A DNA stretch of 64,000 nucleotides from Phycisphaerae bacterium (GCA_963666835.2 CAXXGO010000006.1:160001-224000), one strand, 5' to 3'; shown: positions 29,718 through 40,788, numbered from the stretch's first letter. The notes: generated by a model not told the origin, from the sequence alone. Numbers and translations are program-made.

Positions 29718-31178
29718 CTAGGCGCTGCGGCGGGTGACGATCCGAGAGAGAACCACAAGCCCGGCCGTGATGACACCCTGGATCACCACGCCGCTCATCA
29801 GCCATGATGGGACCGGACCGGGCTGCCAGGCGGTGTAAAACACTCCCGCGGGAGAGCACGCCATAAGAAGAGAGTATTCCGATTGCGCGTAGTGGGTGGC
29901 GGCGAGGTCCGCGCGAAAGCAATCCACGAGGGGAGCGACTGCCCAGAGGGCGATCAAGAGGAGCGTCCCGATTGTCATCGGCCGCTTACTGATCGCGTTG
30001 AAGAGCCGATACACCGCCCACGCCGTGAGCATGGCCAATACGCACGCCACGAGACTGAGCACCTTTCCGGTCACAGTCGCGGCCATGAAACGCTCGTCTT
30101 TGAACAGCGCCGGCCCGATCAGACCTATGGCCAGACAGATGAGTGCGGCCGCAATCAGCGCAACCGTCAATGCCGGCACCCGATCGGACGGACCCCGCAC
30201 CGGGGAATCGGCGCAGGCTCGCGCCCGGCACACCACCGCACCGGCGATTGCGGGCAGCGCCAACAACAACGAGAAGGCCAACGTGGCGACCCACTGATTG
30301 CGGTGCCACGCGATCAAGTCCCATGAACTGGTGCGAAAACCGCCGCCCTTCACATCGACCGCAATGCCCGCGATTCCGAAACCCAGCCAGAACAGCAGCA
30401 GAACGAGCCCGCGCCAGGTGTTGAGGGCCGGCAAGTCCGGTCGACGGTACTTCACGGCCGCCACGTCCAGCCAAAACGCCGCCAACAGCAAGTTGATCGC
30501 GATCAACGCCCCGACCACCCCCGTAGAGGTGGATGCCGCGAGCTTCCCCGTAATCACCTGAAAGCCGGCCCCCATTGAATAAACGCAGGAAAGCACCCCA
30601 GCGGCCGGCAGCGGCGCAATGATGAACGAGAATACGCCGAAGCCGACCGCAAAGGGAACGAACGAAATCGGCGTCTTCTGCCGCAGTCCAGGGGGCAGCG
30701 ACATGGCCCAAAGTGTCACGGCGCCACTGAGCAAGAGCAGGTTCCCGAGGATCCAATCCGGAATCGGGTACTTGGCCAGGGCGGTCAGAACGCCGCCGCA
30801 GATCAAGTTGACGACGAACAGAACCAGGATCTGAAGATTCGGCCCGAACAGGTATCCCAGTACTATCCCGGCATTGGACATCGGGGTAAGTCGGTGCGAT
30901 TCAATCATCTTGCCTGTGTAATCGCGTGACATGGCTCGATAGACGGCGTTACACCCGCCCAACACGAGTACCAGGATTTGTACTCCGGCAATCCCGTTCA
31001 GGATGTAGCTTGCCACGCTGACGAGTGGTTCCGCCCACAACAGCCGCCTCACCCCGTACGACCCGAGGGCGATGAACGCTATGCAGATCGCCGCTACTAT
31101 CCCCGTGCGCCGCCATCCACCGAGCAGTTGGAACTGCACGCGCCAAAACGGGAGCGGGATCTGGAATCGTTCGCGCAT
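29718..31178 (-). CDS. Multi-pass membrane protein, probable ABC transporter permease
   Basis: Many TM segments; ATG at 31178 is coupled (TGATG) to the ABC ATPase stop. Confidence 0.75.
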   Translation of the reverse strand: MRERFQIPLPFWRVQFQLLGGWRRTGIVAAICIAFIALGSYGVRRLLWAEPLVSVASYILNGIAGVQILVLVLGGCNAVYRAMSRDYTGKMIESHRLTPMSNAGIVLGYLFGPNLQILVLFVVNLICGGVLTALAKYPIPDWILGNLLLLSGAVTLWAMSLPPGLRQKTPISFVPFAVGFGVFSFIIAPLPAAGVLSCVYSMGAGFQVITGKLAASTSTGVVGALIAINLLLAAFWLDVAAVKYRRPDLPALNTWRGLVLLLFWLGFGIAGIAVDVKGGGFRTSSWDLIAWHRNQWVATLAFSLLLALPAIAGAVVCRARACADSPVRGPSDRVPALTVALIAAALICLAIGLIGPALFKDERFMAATVTGKVLSLVACVLAMLTAWAVYRLFNAISKRPMTIGTLLLIALWAVAPLVDCFRADLAATHYAQSEYSLLMACSPAGVFYTAWQPGPVPSWLMSGVVIQGVITAGLVVLSRIVTRRSA

Positions 31179-32110
31179 CAATCCACCTGCCTTATCCCGG
31201 AACGAAGGTAGGCCTCCTCCAGGCTGGCCTTGACCATAGTGAACGACAGCACCGGAACATCCGCGGTCAGCAACCGCCGGAGCAGGGCCGCGGCCTGGCG
31301 GTCGTCGGCATGGTAATCGAACGTATAGGTGCGGCCGTTTCGATCCAGGCTGCCGACCCCCTCGATCGCCTCTATAATCTCGGAATAGGGCCTTTCGTCG
31401 AGCGTAATTAACTGATACGTGCGACGCTGATCCTGATCGTGATGCAACGCGTCGGCCGCATCCCAACGCAGAATGCGCCCCTGCTCGATAATGGCGATGT
31501 GGCTGGAGATCTCCTCCAGGTCGGAAAGGATGTGCGAAGAGACGATCATCGCACAGCCCTGCTCGCGGAGCATGTTCAACACGCCGCGGATTTGGACCCG
31601 ACCGGCCGGGTCCAAGCCGACCAACGGCTCGTCCAGCAGAACCACGTGCGGTCGGGGCAGGAAGGTCCGCGCCAAAGTGACCCGCTGCCGCATCCCGCGC
31701 GACAGGTTCTTGATGAGCGTGTCGCGTTTGTCCGTCAGCCACAACTGTTCCAGCCAGAAGTCCATACGCTCGGCGGTTTCGGACCGGCTCAGTTCGTAGG
31801 CCCCGGCGATGAACTCCAGAAACTGGCGGATGGTGACGTCTTCGTAGGCCGGGGGGGAGTCCGGACCGAAGCCGATGTGGTGGCGGACCACCTCGTGCTC
31901 GCCCAGAACCGGCTTGCCCATGACCCGGGCCATTCCACGGGTGGGGATGTGCAGCCCGGCCAGCACCCGCAGCAACGTGGTTTTCCCCGCCCCGTTAGGA
32001 CCGACCAAGCCCACCAACTGCCCGGCCGACATCTCGAACGACACATCGCGCACGGCCACCAGCGGCCCGAACTCGACTCGTACATCGTGAGCTGTCAGCA
32101 ACACACCCAT
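31178..32110 (-). CDS. ABC transporter ATP-binding protein
   Basis: GPNGAGKT, LSRGMRQR, LLDEP, SSH. Confidence 0.95.
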   Translation of the reverse strand: MGVLLTAHDVRVEFGPLVAVRDVSFEMSAGQLVGLVGPNGAGKTTLLRVLAGLHIPTRGMARVMGKPVLGEHEVVRHHIGFGPDSPPAYEDVTIRQFLEFIAGAYELSRSETAERMDFWLEQLWLTDKRDTLIKNLSRGMRQRVTLARTFLPRPHVVLLDEPLVGLDPAGRVQIRGVLNMLREQGCAMIVSSHILSDLEEISSHIAIIEQGRILRWDAADALHHDQDQRRTYQLITLDERPYSEIIEAIEGVGSLDRNGRTYTFDYHADDRQAAALLRRLLTADVPVLSFTMVKASLEEAYLRSGIRQVD

Positions 32111-32355
32111 CAGGACCCGCTCCGGGATCTTTCGCCAATCCCTCGAACGCCACGCCCAGCAGAGAATCGAGCTCGATCCCCCTTGTCGAACCCGCCTTGC
32201 TGATCCCCCCCAAAACGAACTGAAGCGAAGGTCTCCTACCTTATGACGTTCTCTTGTAGCCGATTGTTAACAAACACGTCAAACCGCGACCGGCGGGGGA
32301 CGGATGAAGTATGTCGGATAACACCGGCGGCATAGATCGGGCAGCGATGGCGTGC

Positions 32356-32595
32356 GTAGGGCACGGTCGAGGAACGAGACCTGCCGTTAGAACTCGCGCG
32401 ATTCGCGCTTTGTTCTGGCTGGGTGCCCCATTCATTCCGGCGTTTGCCGACCTGGAACAGCCCTGTTGATTCGCCGCCGGAATGGGTGGGGGACGGACGT
32501 GCGCGTAGGGCACGGTCGAGGAACGAGACCTGCCGTTGAAATTCGCGCGATGCGCGGCTTGTTCTGGCAGGTCTCGTTCCTCGACCATGCCCTAC
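32356..32595. repeat. Cluster of three REP copies
   Basis: 32356..32385 (+), 32505..32534 (+), 32566..32595 (-). Confidence 0.85.
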
Positions 32596-32746
32596 ATGAA
32601 GCTGCGATACGACGCCGGGCGAAGGTATGAGGTACCCGCACCCGCACCCGGCTTCTTCATTCGCCCGTCAGGGCGACGTTTGCCGGAAACGCCGGAAAAC
32701 CCTACACTTGCCGGCGCTTACGAAGTGCTTTCAAAGGAGCCGTGCG

Positions 32747-33106
32747 ATGTCTGAGGAACCGAAACCTCCGCCCAGTGATCTCATCAGCTTCGATGATTTC
32801 CTGAAGGTCAAACTGCGGATAGGGCGGGTGGTCGAAGCCGCCGAGCACCCCAACGCCGACAAGCTCCTGGTGCTGCAGGTCGACCTCGGCGACGAGAAAA
32901 GACAGATCGTGGCCGGGCTGAAGGGGTACTACACGCCCGAGCAACTGGTCGGCAAGAACCTGGTTATCGTGACCAATCTCCCGCCGCGGATGATGCGGGG
33001 GCAGCCGAGCCAGGGCATGCTTCTGGCGGCCAGTAACGCCGATCATAGCCAGGTCGTGGCGCTCACGACGGAATCCGAGATCGAGCCTGGGTGCTCAGTC
33101 AGCTAG
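32747..33106 (+). CDS. Stand-alone tRNA-binding OB domain (MetG C-terminal/Trbp111/CsaA-like)
   Basis: ISFDDFLKVKLRIG...HPNADKLL...RQIVAG...SQGMLLAA; AAGGAG RBS. Confidence 0.9.
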   Translation: MSEEPKPPPSDLISFDDFLKVKLRIGRVVEAAEHPNADKLLVLQVDLGDEKRQIVAGLKGYYTPEQLVGKNLVIVTNLPPRMMRGQPSQGMLLAASNADHSQVVALTTESEIEPGCSVS

Positions 33107-33274
33107 GCCCCGTTTTCGGAGAGGTGGTCAGAGCTTTACCGCCTAACCGGGCGTGTTCAAGGGTAGACTGGAAGCTTGCACTGCAGGGTGGCCCGGCAGG
33201 AGCCGAACTTGGCGTGCATCCGGACGGCGGCCGCAACGGTATACGATTCGGGGCGATCTGGTCGATAAGCTGAT

Positions 33275-33658
33275 ATGGCAACAAGATTGACGAAATCGGT
33301 GCGGTGGGGGGCTATCCTCGGGATCCCGCTGTTGCTGCTGGCCGGGGGTTGCCAGGATCCGGCGTACAAGACCAAGCAGACCGCCCGCCAGGAGCGCATC
33401 GAGCATTTGTGCGAAGGGTGGACCATCCGCGAACAGCAGCGGCCCGACAAGATAGAATTCGTAACGCAGGCGGTTCGAAGAGAGGAAGTCCGCAGCGTTG
33501 AGCAGCTTGACGCGACCCTTCTGTTAGTCAAAGAGAGCCAGGCGCGAGACCGCACGGATTGGGTCGAGCAGACTCCGGAGCGGCAGGAGAAGATTCGGAC
33601 GATCTTCGCCGGAAAACCAGAGCGAATCCCCGAGACTTGGCGGAAGCTGACGTATTGA
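33275..33658 (+). CDS. Hypothetical lipoprotein
   Basis: Signal peptide with lipobox LAGGC; stop overlaps the prmC start. Confidence 0.7.
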   Translation: MATRLTKSVRWGAILGIPLLLLAGGCQDPAYKTKQTARQERIEHLCEGWTIREQQRPDKIEFVTQAVRREEVRSVEQLDATLLLVKESQARDRTDWVEQTPERQEKIRTIFAGKPERIPETWRKLTY

Positions 33659-34557
33659 GCACTGCCCCCGACACGAGCGAATCCGGTTGGACGATCGGTC
33701 GTTTGCTGTCCTGGACCGCCGGCTACCTCGAGCAACGTGGCGTGGACGACGCCCGGCTGGCCAGCGAGGTGCTGCTCGCCCACGCAACGGACCGGCGCCG
33801 AATCGACCTCTATGCTCGCCCCGACGAACTTCCGGAACCGGAGCAGACCGATCGGTTCAGGGCTCTGGTGAAACGCGCCGCTACCCGGGAGCCAATCGCC
33901 TATCTGGTGGGCGAAAAGGAGTTCTTCTCGTTGCGGTTTGCCGTTTCTCCGGCGGTCTTGATTCCGCGACCGGAAACTGAGACTCTGGTCGAGAAGGTAA
34001 TCGACCATTGCACGGCGGCGGGGCTGGGAAGCCCCTTTTTGCTCGACGTCGGGACCGGCAGTGGCTGTCTGGCCATTACGGCTCTGACCCAGCTCGCCAA
34101 CGCCCGCGCGGTCGGTACCGACGTTTCCGAGGCGGCGCTGACCATCGCCTACGCCAACGCCGAGCGGCACGGTGTTGCCGACCGCTTTACGGCCATCAAG
34201 GCCGATCGGCTGGCTTTGCCGGATTCCCTGGACCGGGGCGACGGGTTCGATGTGCTGATGTCGAACCCGCCGTACGTGGAAGCGGGGCTGATGGCGGGGC
34301 TGGACCCCGAGGTGCGCGATTTCGAGCCGCACGAGGCCCTGACCGACGGCGGTGACGGCCTGTCGTTCTACCGCGCGATCGCCGCCGAAGCCGCCCCGTT
34401 GTTGGTTCCCGGCGGGATGGTGTTTGTGGAAGTGGGTGACGGGCAGGCCCCGGCCGTGCAGGAGGCGATGGACCAAAGCCCGGAGTTCTCGCACTGTAGC
34501 ACCTGGAAAGACCCCGTGGTGGGGCAGGAGCGGGTTTTGGTGTTCAAACGGCGCTGA
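33655..34557 (+). CDS. prmC: Release factor glutamine methyltransferase
   Basis: EPIAYLVG, VLIPRPETE, DVGTGSGC, SNPPY, DGLSFY; TTG start at 33655. Confidence 0.95.
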   Translation: MSTAPDTSESGWTIGRLLSWTAGYLEQRGVDDARLASEVLLAHATDRRRIDLYARPDELPEPEQTDRFRALVKRAATREPIAYLVGEKEFFSLRFAVSPAVLIPRPETETLVEKVIDHCTAAGLGSPFLLDVGTGSGCLAITALTQLANARAVGTDVSEAALTIAYANAERHGVADRFTAIKADRLALPDSLDRGDGFDVLMSNPPYVEAGLMAGLDPEVRDFEPHEALTDGGDGLSFYRAIAAEAAPLLVPGGMVFVEVGDGQAPAVQEAMDQSPEFSHCSTWKDPVVGQERVLVFKRR

Positions 34558-34597
34558 TTGATACGGCGGTATTCGATCGAAGGAAAGAGGGTGAACC

Positions 34598-35863
34598 GTG
34601 CAGTTTTTTGAGATCACCGGAGGCAGTCGGCTGAAGGGGGCGATCCCGATCAGCGGTGCCAAGAATGCGGCACTTCCGATCATGGCCGCCTCGATACTCG
34701 TGGATGGGGAGACCGTCCTGCACAACGTCCCCGATCTGGCGGACGTGCGCCAGCTTCAGACCCTGCTGGGGCGGCTGGGGGTAAAATCGCAGCGCGACGA
34801 AAGCGGGGCGATGCACCTGCGCGTCGACGACGAGATGAACACCCATGCCGAGTATGATCTGGTAAGTAAAATGCGCGCCAGTGTCTGCGTGATGGGTCCG
34901 CTGCTGGCTAAACGCAAACGCGCCCAGGTCTCTATGCCCGGAGGCTGTGCCATCGGGGATAGGCCGATCGACCTGCACGTGCAGGGTTTGCAGGCCCTAG
35001 GGGCGGATTTTGAATTCGTCAACGGCGACGTCCTGCTGCGGGCCAAGAAGCTCAAAGGGACCGACCTGTTTCTCGGCGGCCCGTTCGGGGCTTCGGTTAC
35101 CGCGACCGCCAACGTCATGATGGCCGCCACCCTGGCGAACGGCCGGACGGTGATCGAATCCGCCGCCTGCGAACCGGAAATCGTGGACTTAGGCGATTAT
35201 CTCAACGCCTGCGGAGCCCGAATCACCGGGCACGGGACCCCGCAGGTCGTTATCGAAGGCGTCACCTCGCTCACCGGCGCCGAGCATACCGTAATCCCCG
35301 ATCGGATCGAGGTCGGTACGTTCATGGTGGCGGCCGCGATAACCAACGGTGAACTGGATCTTACCGGAGCGAAGCTCGAACACGTTCGGGCGGTCGTGGA
35401 TCGGCTCCGCCACGTCGGGGTCATCGTTGAACGCCACGACAAAGGCCTCTGCGTGTCATCCTCGCGCCGGCTCGAGCCGGTCCAGATCACGACTCAGCCG
35501 TATCCCGGCTTCCCGACCGACCTGCAGGCCCAGGCGATGGCTTTGCTCTGTCTGGCCGACGGCAACAGCATGATTACCGAGAAGGTGTTCCCGGACCGTT
35601 TCCTCCACGTGGGCGAGCTGAGCCGGATGGGGGCCCAATTGCGCAAAGCGGGTCCTACTGTCATCGTGGCCGGTGTGAAACGCCTGGTGGGGGCGCAGGT
35701 TATGGCCTCCGACCTGCGAGCGTCCGCGGCCCTGATCCTCGCGGGACTAATCGCCAAGGGCACGACCTGTGTTCGCCGCATCTACCACATAGACCGGGGT
35801 TACGAACACATCGAAACGAAGCTGGCCGACGTAGGAGCCGCAATCCGCCGACTGGACGAATAG
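34598..35863 (+). CDS. murA: UDP-N-acetylglucosamine 1-carboxyvinyltransferase
   Basis: SGAKNAALP, PGGCAIGDRPID, YPGFPTDLQAQ, DLRASAAL, HIDRGYE. Confidence 0.97.
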   Translation: MQFFEITGGSRLKGAIPISGAKNAALPIMAASILVDGETVLHNVPDLADVRQLQTLLGRLGVKSQRDESGAMHLRVDDEMNTHAEYDLVSKMRASVCVMGPLLAKRKRAQVSMPGGCAIGDRPIDLHVQGLQALGADFEFVNGDVLLRAKKLKGTDLFLGGPFGASVTATANVMMAATLANGRTVIESAACEPEIVDLGDYLNACGARITGHGTPQVVIEGVTSLTGAEHTVIPDRIEVGTFMVAAAITNGELDLTGAKLEHVRAVVDRLRHVGVIVERHDKGLCVSSSRRLEPVQITTQPYPGFPTDLQAQAMALLCLADGNSMITEKVFPDRFLHVGELSRMGAQLRKAGPTVIVAGVKRLVGAQVMASDLRASAALILAGLIAKGTTCVRRIYHIDRGYEHIETKLADVGAAIRRLDE

Positions 35864-35904
35864 GCGTCGTGCCGTGCGGGGACGTTCTTCTCGGACTCTC
35901 ACCA

Positions 35905-36160
35905 GTAGCTCGGGCTCTGCCCAATGGTACTAACCTTGTCAGGGCGCCATGAGGTAGTTCGTCCCGAAGGGACTGTGGGCGAGTAGCCACGGGTGGAGCG
36001 AAGCGGAACCCGTGGGTGAGATTCGCCCCCACATGCTCCCGTCCCGAAGGGCCGGCGGACGTTTACCGGGATCGCGCGAAGACCCCGTAGGGCATGGTCG
36101 AGGAACGAGACCTGCCATCAAAGCCGCAATGGGCCGAATCGCACGAGAACGTGCCACGTG
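35905..36160. repeat. ~255-bp composite REP/MITE-like element
   Basis: Inverted copy at ~57010..57272; partial copies at ~38990..39190 and 44198..44305. Confidence 0.8.
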
Positions 36161-37034
36161 CGTGGCTTGAGGAACCAGCCCGCCAGATCTGCCTGGCCCG
36201 CGGCGCGAGTCGCGGGCTCAAGTCGCACGTCGACCCCAGCCCCGCCAGGCACTTCGATACTCGAACAGGTCCCCGCGGTCGCCAACGTGTTCCCGTATGA
36301 TGCTGCATCACCGGCGTTCGATCGAAACCTCGATGTCCTCTACCGCCCACAAAGGGCTTGGCGCGAAGCGGCCGCACGGTTTCCCCAGGCTTACGCCGTG
36401 GGCCCACAGAATCTGTCGCCCCACGGGGCTGCCCGCTGGCGGCGTATGATGGGAAGGTGCGCGCTACGCGAAAGCAACGGCAGGTCTCGTGCCTCGACCG
36501 TGCCCTACCCCTGGCACCGCTGCTCCACGTACACCGAAGGCCTTACGTCTAACCCGCGGCTACATGCCCACAGTCCCTTCGGGACGGATTACCGCACGAC
36601 CACCTACCGAGGTTAGTACCATTGGGCTGAGCCCGACCTACTCAGAATGGCCCCGGAACAGCAGGCTCTCTACGACCTGCTCCATTGGCCGGGGGTCCCG
36701 GTGTTCAAGTCAGGTCCCGCCCACGTGGCGCCGCGCCGGGGGCGTGTCGTGATGATGCCCGCCAACGGCTACATGTTGCGTAGAGTCAACACGCCTGCAG
36801 ATTCGGCCCGTATCGAGGCTCGCCCGTTCTGGGACGCAACTGCGTAACCTCCGTCCAATGCGAATGTTACGCAGGTTGCCGCCGGTTCTGTTCCCCGCCG
36901 CAGCTTTGGCATACCCGGTGTACCCCTTCCCCTGTGCAACCGTGGAGTGGCGGATTCGTGGCGCAAGCTCGCGGTCCGATCACGGTGGCCTTGGGGATTG
37001 AGACACTTGCTGGCTACGGAGGGGGAGAGGCCGT

Positions 37035-37295
37035 ATGAATGAAGAGACTTTCCAGCGGAAACTCGCTGAACTCATTGCTGAAATCGGGAGCTTGCCGGCT
37101 AATGAACGCGACAAGCTCGAACTACTCGCCGCCCAAACGCGCGAGCGGCATAAGCAGCTCAAGGAGACCGTAAGCAGTCTTCAGGAGAGCATCGACTTCG
37201 TCCGCCTGGCCATCAAGTATCTGCTGTTCGATCTGGAGGCGACGCGCCGAGAGAACACTCAGCTTCGCAAACTGCTCGACGACGGCGCCCAGTAA
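37035..37295 (+). CDS. Small coiled-coil hypothetical protein
   Basis: GAGAGG RBS; helical 86-aa protein ending ...IKYLLFDLEATRREN. Confidence 0.8.
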   Translation: MNEETFQRKLAELIAEIGSLPANERDKLELLAAQTRERHKQLKETVSSLQESIDFVRLAIKYLLFDLEATRRENTQLRKLLDDGAQ

Positions 37296-37403
37296 TAGCC
37301 GTTAACGATTCTGAATACGCCCCCTTGAAGCCCGCGGACGACCATGTTCGCGGGCTTGGCATATATTGGGGCGTCCATCTCTCCTTAAAATGACTTGTCT
37401 GTG

Positions 37404-38600
37404 TCACTGCCCCAGCGAAACGTGCCCTTCGCCGGCCGGGGGGGCCGCGTCCGCCGGCTGCTTTGTCTCCCGCAACTCGTCCCATGCGGATTTCAGCGCC
37501 GTCGATAAGTCCGCGGCGACCTGCGCCCCACGTAACTCCTCGCTCAACCGCTCTACCTCGTCCGCCAGCTCGTCCCGCTGCCGCTCCAACTCGGCCCGCT
37601 CGAGCACCACGGCCACGATTTTGTCCGCCATCACCTCCGCCCGGTTCTCCAAGCGCCGTACGGATTCGCGTTCGTGAGCCAGAGAGTCCTGCAAAACACC
37701 CGTTTCACCGTCATGCCGGGCCTGCAACGCGGCCAACTGCCGATCGTACTCGGCCTGAACCGCCTCCAACTGCCGGTGATAACGCTGCTCGACGACCGCC
37801 AATTCGGCTTGGGCCTTCTCCTCATGATCCCCGCCGCCGCGCATAGCCGCCCGCGCGATTCCCCAGGCAGTCTTCAACGACTCGGTAATCCGGGCGGCGT
37901 GCGTTGTTCGGCGCAGTTTGGCCGCGAGACTCTCGACTTCCGCGGACAGGTAGTCGCGCTCGGCCATCACCCCGGCCATTGCCACCGAACGCTCGGATAG
38001 CTCCCGAGCCAGGTCCATCTCCCGCTGCTCCTGCTCGCTCAGCCGCTCTCGCTCGTGCTCCAACACCCCCTGCAGAGCCGCCGACTCGCCATCGAATCGC
38101 GATTTGACCGAGTTCATCTCCCCGATGTGGCGGACCTCGGCGCTGAGCAAGGCTGCTTCCACCTCCGTCTTCTCTTTAGTCATCTTGCGGGCAGCCTCCG
38201 CCTTCGTCGTGTGATGAAGGCATACCCCGGCGCCGCCCGCGATAATGAGCATGAACGCGACCGCCCAACCGGCGCGCGCCGAGCGTCGAGCTTGGGCCGC
38301 GTCATCTTCCAAACAGATGCGGGCAGCGGACAGGGCTGACACGGTGTCCGAGAACGTCGTTTGAATGGCTGCCAGGGTGTCCGTGTCGTGTTTCTTCTGA
38401 ATGGCTGCGGCCGCACCCACCTCGGCCAGATGTCGGCCAACCTGGGTCACCGTAGCCACAGCCTTGTCCGTGTCCACATCGACGAGGATATTGCGTCCGT
38501 CTCGCCGCGTTCGGAGCAGACCACCCCGTATTCTGCGGCGAATGGTGCGTATTGAACAACCGAGCGCGGCCGCGGCTTCCGTCTGAGTCATCCATGACAT
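37404..38600 (-). CDS. MerR/excisionase-type HTH + TM helix + long coiled-coil protein
   Basis: AGGAGG RBS; WMTQTEAAAALGCSIRTIRRRIRGG; TM AGWAVAFMLIIAGGAGVCL; duplicated coiled-coil units. Confidence 0.8.
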   Translation of the reverse strand: MSWMTQTEAAAALGCSIRTIRRRIRGGLLRTRRDGRNILVDVDTDKAVATVTQVGRHLAEVGAAAAIQKKHDTDTLAAIQTTFSDTVSALSAARICLEDDAAQARRSARAGWAVAFMLIIAGGAGVCLHHTTKAEAARKMTKEKTEVEAALLSAEVRHIGEMNSVKSRFDGESAALQGVLEHERERLSEQEQREMDLARELSERSVAMAGVMAERDYLSAEVESLAAKLRRTTHAARITESLKTAWGIARAAMRGGGDHEEKAQAELAVVEQRYHRQLEAVQAEYDRQLAALQARHDGETGVLQDSLAHERESVRRLENRAEVMADKIVAVVLERAELERQRDELADEVERLSEELRGAQVAADLSTALKSAWDELRETKQPADAAPPAGEGHVSLGQ

Positions 38601-39864
38601 GGGCAGATCCTCCTGGCGTCCGCAGGTCAACAGCGGACACAACGCCGGAGCCGACCGCAGGCGGACACCGGCCAACTTGTCGGCCAAACCCGTGCCGACA
38701 CGTCCGATATCCTAACCGGACACCCGCCGGTTGCCAACATGTTTCTGCGCCGTTCGAAGACTGGCCACGTGCGGCGACGCCACTGCTCAAAACGCCCGGG
38801 TACACCGAGCGCGAACAGCTAGGGTCCGCTCCGCGGACCACATTCTTGGAGACACGGGCGAACGCGAGGTCCGCCCGTTTGATACGGCCCGGCCTGCGGG
38901 ACGGGTGCGGCAGTCAAACGTGTATGATCCGCGTAGCGCAATAGGGCCAACCTTGCCCGGCGGTCATGCGGTGAACCGTTCCGACGTGGGCATGTAGCCA
39001 CGAGTGGAGCGAAGCCGGACTCGTGGGGACGATCGACTCTCCCATAGATGCCGCCCCGAAGGGCCGGAGGAGAGCAGCTTTTGGGGAAGGCTGGAAGCCT
39101 ACGTTGCGAAGTGTCTCGAAGGGCCGGCGGGCCGTTACCGGGATCTTGCGACGGCTACGGCAGGTCTCGTGCCTCGACACTGCCCTACGGGGGATCCGCT
39201 CCGCGGACCACATTTGCCTAAGGATCGGCGGCGCTTGATGGACAACCGGATGAAGACGGTTGCCCGCAGGGGCGGCTTTGGCGACACCCCAAACACCAGC
39301 CCCAGACGGCTGTCCGGTATGTCCGCGCGTGTCCTTTTGATGTCCGGACAGGACGATTCGCTGCTGTCCGGACAGGCGCTGTTGGTAGTGTCCGGACGGA
39401 GAAACGGCTCCTTTGCGCGGCGAATTGTCCCAACGGCGTCCGGGTGGAATCTAGCGTCGACGGTATCGGCATCGCGGCCGTACGCCGACCATGCTGACCG
39501 CCAAGTCCGGTGTCTGTAACATCCCGCCGCTGTGTAGATTATCACTATGTCGTGGTCGTTGGGAGCATTACAGATAGGACAGTTGCCGGCGGGGCTGAGG
39601 GTATCGGAGCACGTGAATGTGTGTCCGGTATGGCTGCTGATATGTCCGGCGGACACGACCATGACGGAATTATATTGCAGGGACGCCGTGTCCGGTTCAA
39701 CCGGCTGCGGCTTTCGGACTGAGGACGGCCCGTCCTAGCGAACGCGGGGGCTTGCTTCGGCCTGCGACGGCGACGGGGCGGCTGACCATTGTGGTTCAAC
39801 CGCCCCATTTCGCCATTCTGGTGGTTGTGGGGTCAGGCAGGCCCTTTCCCGCGGATTCGGTTGT

Positions 39865-40788
39865 TTACGACGCGTCTGTGAACTCCACGCGTACCGCGTA
39901 CTGCCAATAGCCGTACGTCACCCGGTAGCGTGCCCGAACGCCGTAAAGGTACTTCTCGCGGCGGAAGCCCTCTTCGCTGTCGGCGGTCAGTGAGGTGAAC
40001 TCGATCGGCTCTCGATCCTGGAAGATGAACGGCCGAACGACACCGTCGGTCTTGAGCAGATACCACTTGGCCGGGTCACTCAGCCAGGGCAGGGCGATCA
40101 CACGTGCCGCGCCTGCCATGACGTTCGATGTATCCCCGATCAGGGTCGCGTTCAGCGTCTCGAGGGCGGTGAAGTACATCGTCGTCGGCACCACACACAC
40201 CAAACCCGACGCTGAAATCGACATCGCCTCGCCGCGGTCGTCCTTGAGGCCCATCATCTTCGAAATCGCCGTTTTCAGGGCCGCCTTGAACTCCTCAACT
40301 GTCGGATCGGTCGGATCGGCCACCGCGAGTCCGATCCGATTACTCTGCACGCCCGACTCGCCGGACTCGTGGGCGTCGCTGAGGAAACTCACTCCGTCGT
40401 AGCTGTTGAAACCGGCGGTTTCACCGTTGATAAGCAGCGCGGCCGCGAGGTAGTCCTTATGCGAAGCGGCCCGCTCGGCCAATTCCCCGATTCGGATACG
40501 GATCTGCCCGGTCTTGTCGTCGGCGATCTCATCGCGGTCGACCTCGATCGTGGCTTCGTACTTGAGGTTCTCCACCGAGTAGGCCTCGCTTCGCATCCCG
40601 CGGGCCAACCGGCCCGAGCCCCATTCCCGCATGCCGGGCACGGATCCCAACCAGCGGTAGTTCTCACTGTCCGAATTAGACGGAATCCTCGTGGCCAGCT
40701 CCTGATAGTGGGTCGGGGCTTTTCCGAAACGGGCGAAGAACTCGCTGCGGAGCCCCTTGGTAAGCAATCCGGTATTGATAACGGCCAC
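39865..40788 (-). CDS. Mu-like major head (capsid) subunit, gpT family
   Basis: YRWLGSVPGMREW, YEATIEVDRDEIADD, WYLL, PFIFQDRE, YLYGVRARY..YGYWQ; AGGAGG RBS and GTG at 40788. Confidence 0.9.
   Translation of the reverse strand: MAVINTGLLTKGLRSEFFARFGKAPTHYQELATRIPSNSDSENYRWLGSVPGMREWGSGRLARGMRSEAYSVENLKYEATIEVDRDEIADDKTGQIRIRIGELAERAASHKDYLAAALLINGETAGFNSYDGVSFLSDAHESGESGVQSNRIGLAVADPTDPTVEEFKAALKTAISKMMGLKDDRGEAMSISASGLVCVVPTTMYFTALETLNATLIGDTSNVMAGAARVIALPWLSDPAKWYLLKTDGVVRPFIFQDREPIEFTSLTADSEEGFRREKYLYGVRARYRVTYGYWQYAVRVEFTDAS

Noticed and set aside
31179..31742. N-terminal extension of the 674-aa ORF 29718..31742
   Set aside because: It overlaps the ABC ATPase in another frame; the coupled ATG at 31178 is the likely start
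33157..34725. 522-aa minus-strand ORF and similar long shadow ORFs (8559..9845, 47519..48736, 60460..61542)
   Set aside because: They are antisense to well-supported genes, which is common in high-GC DNA, and show no motifs
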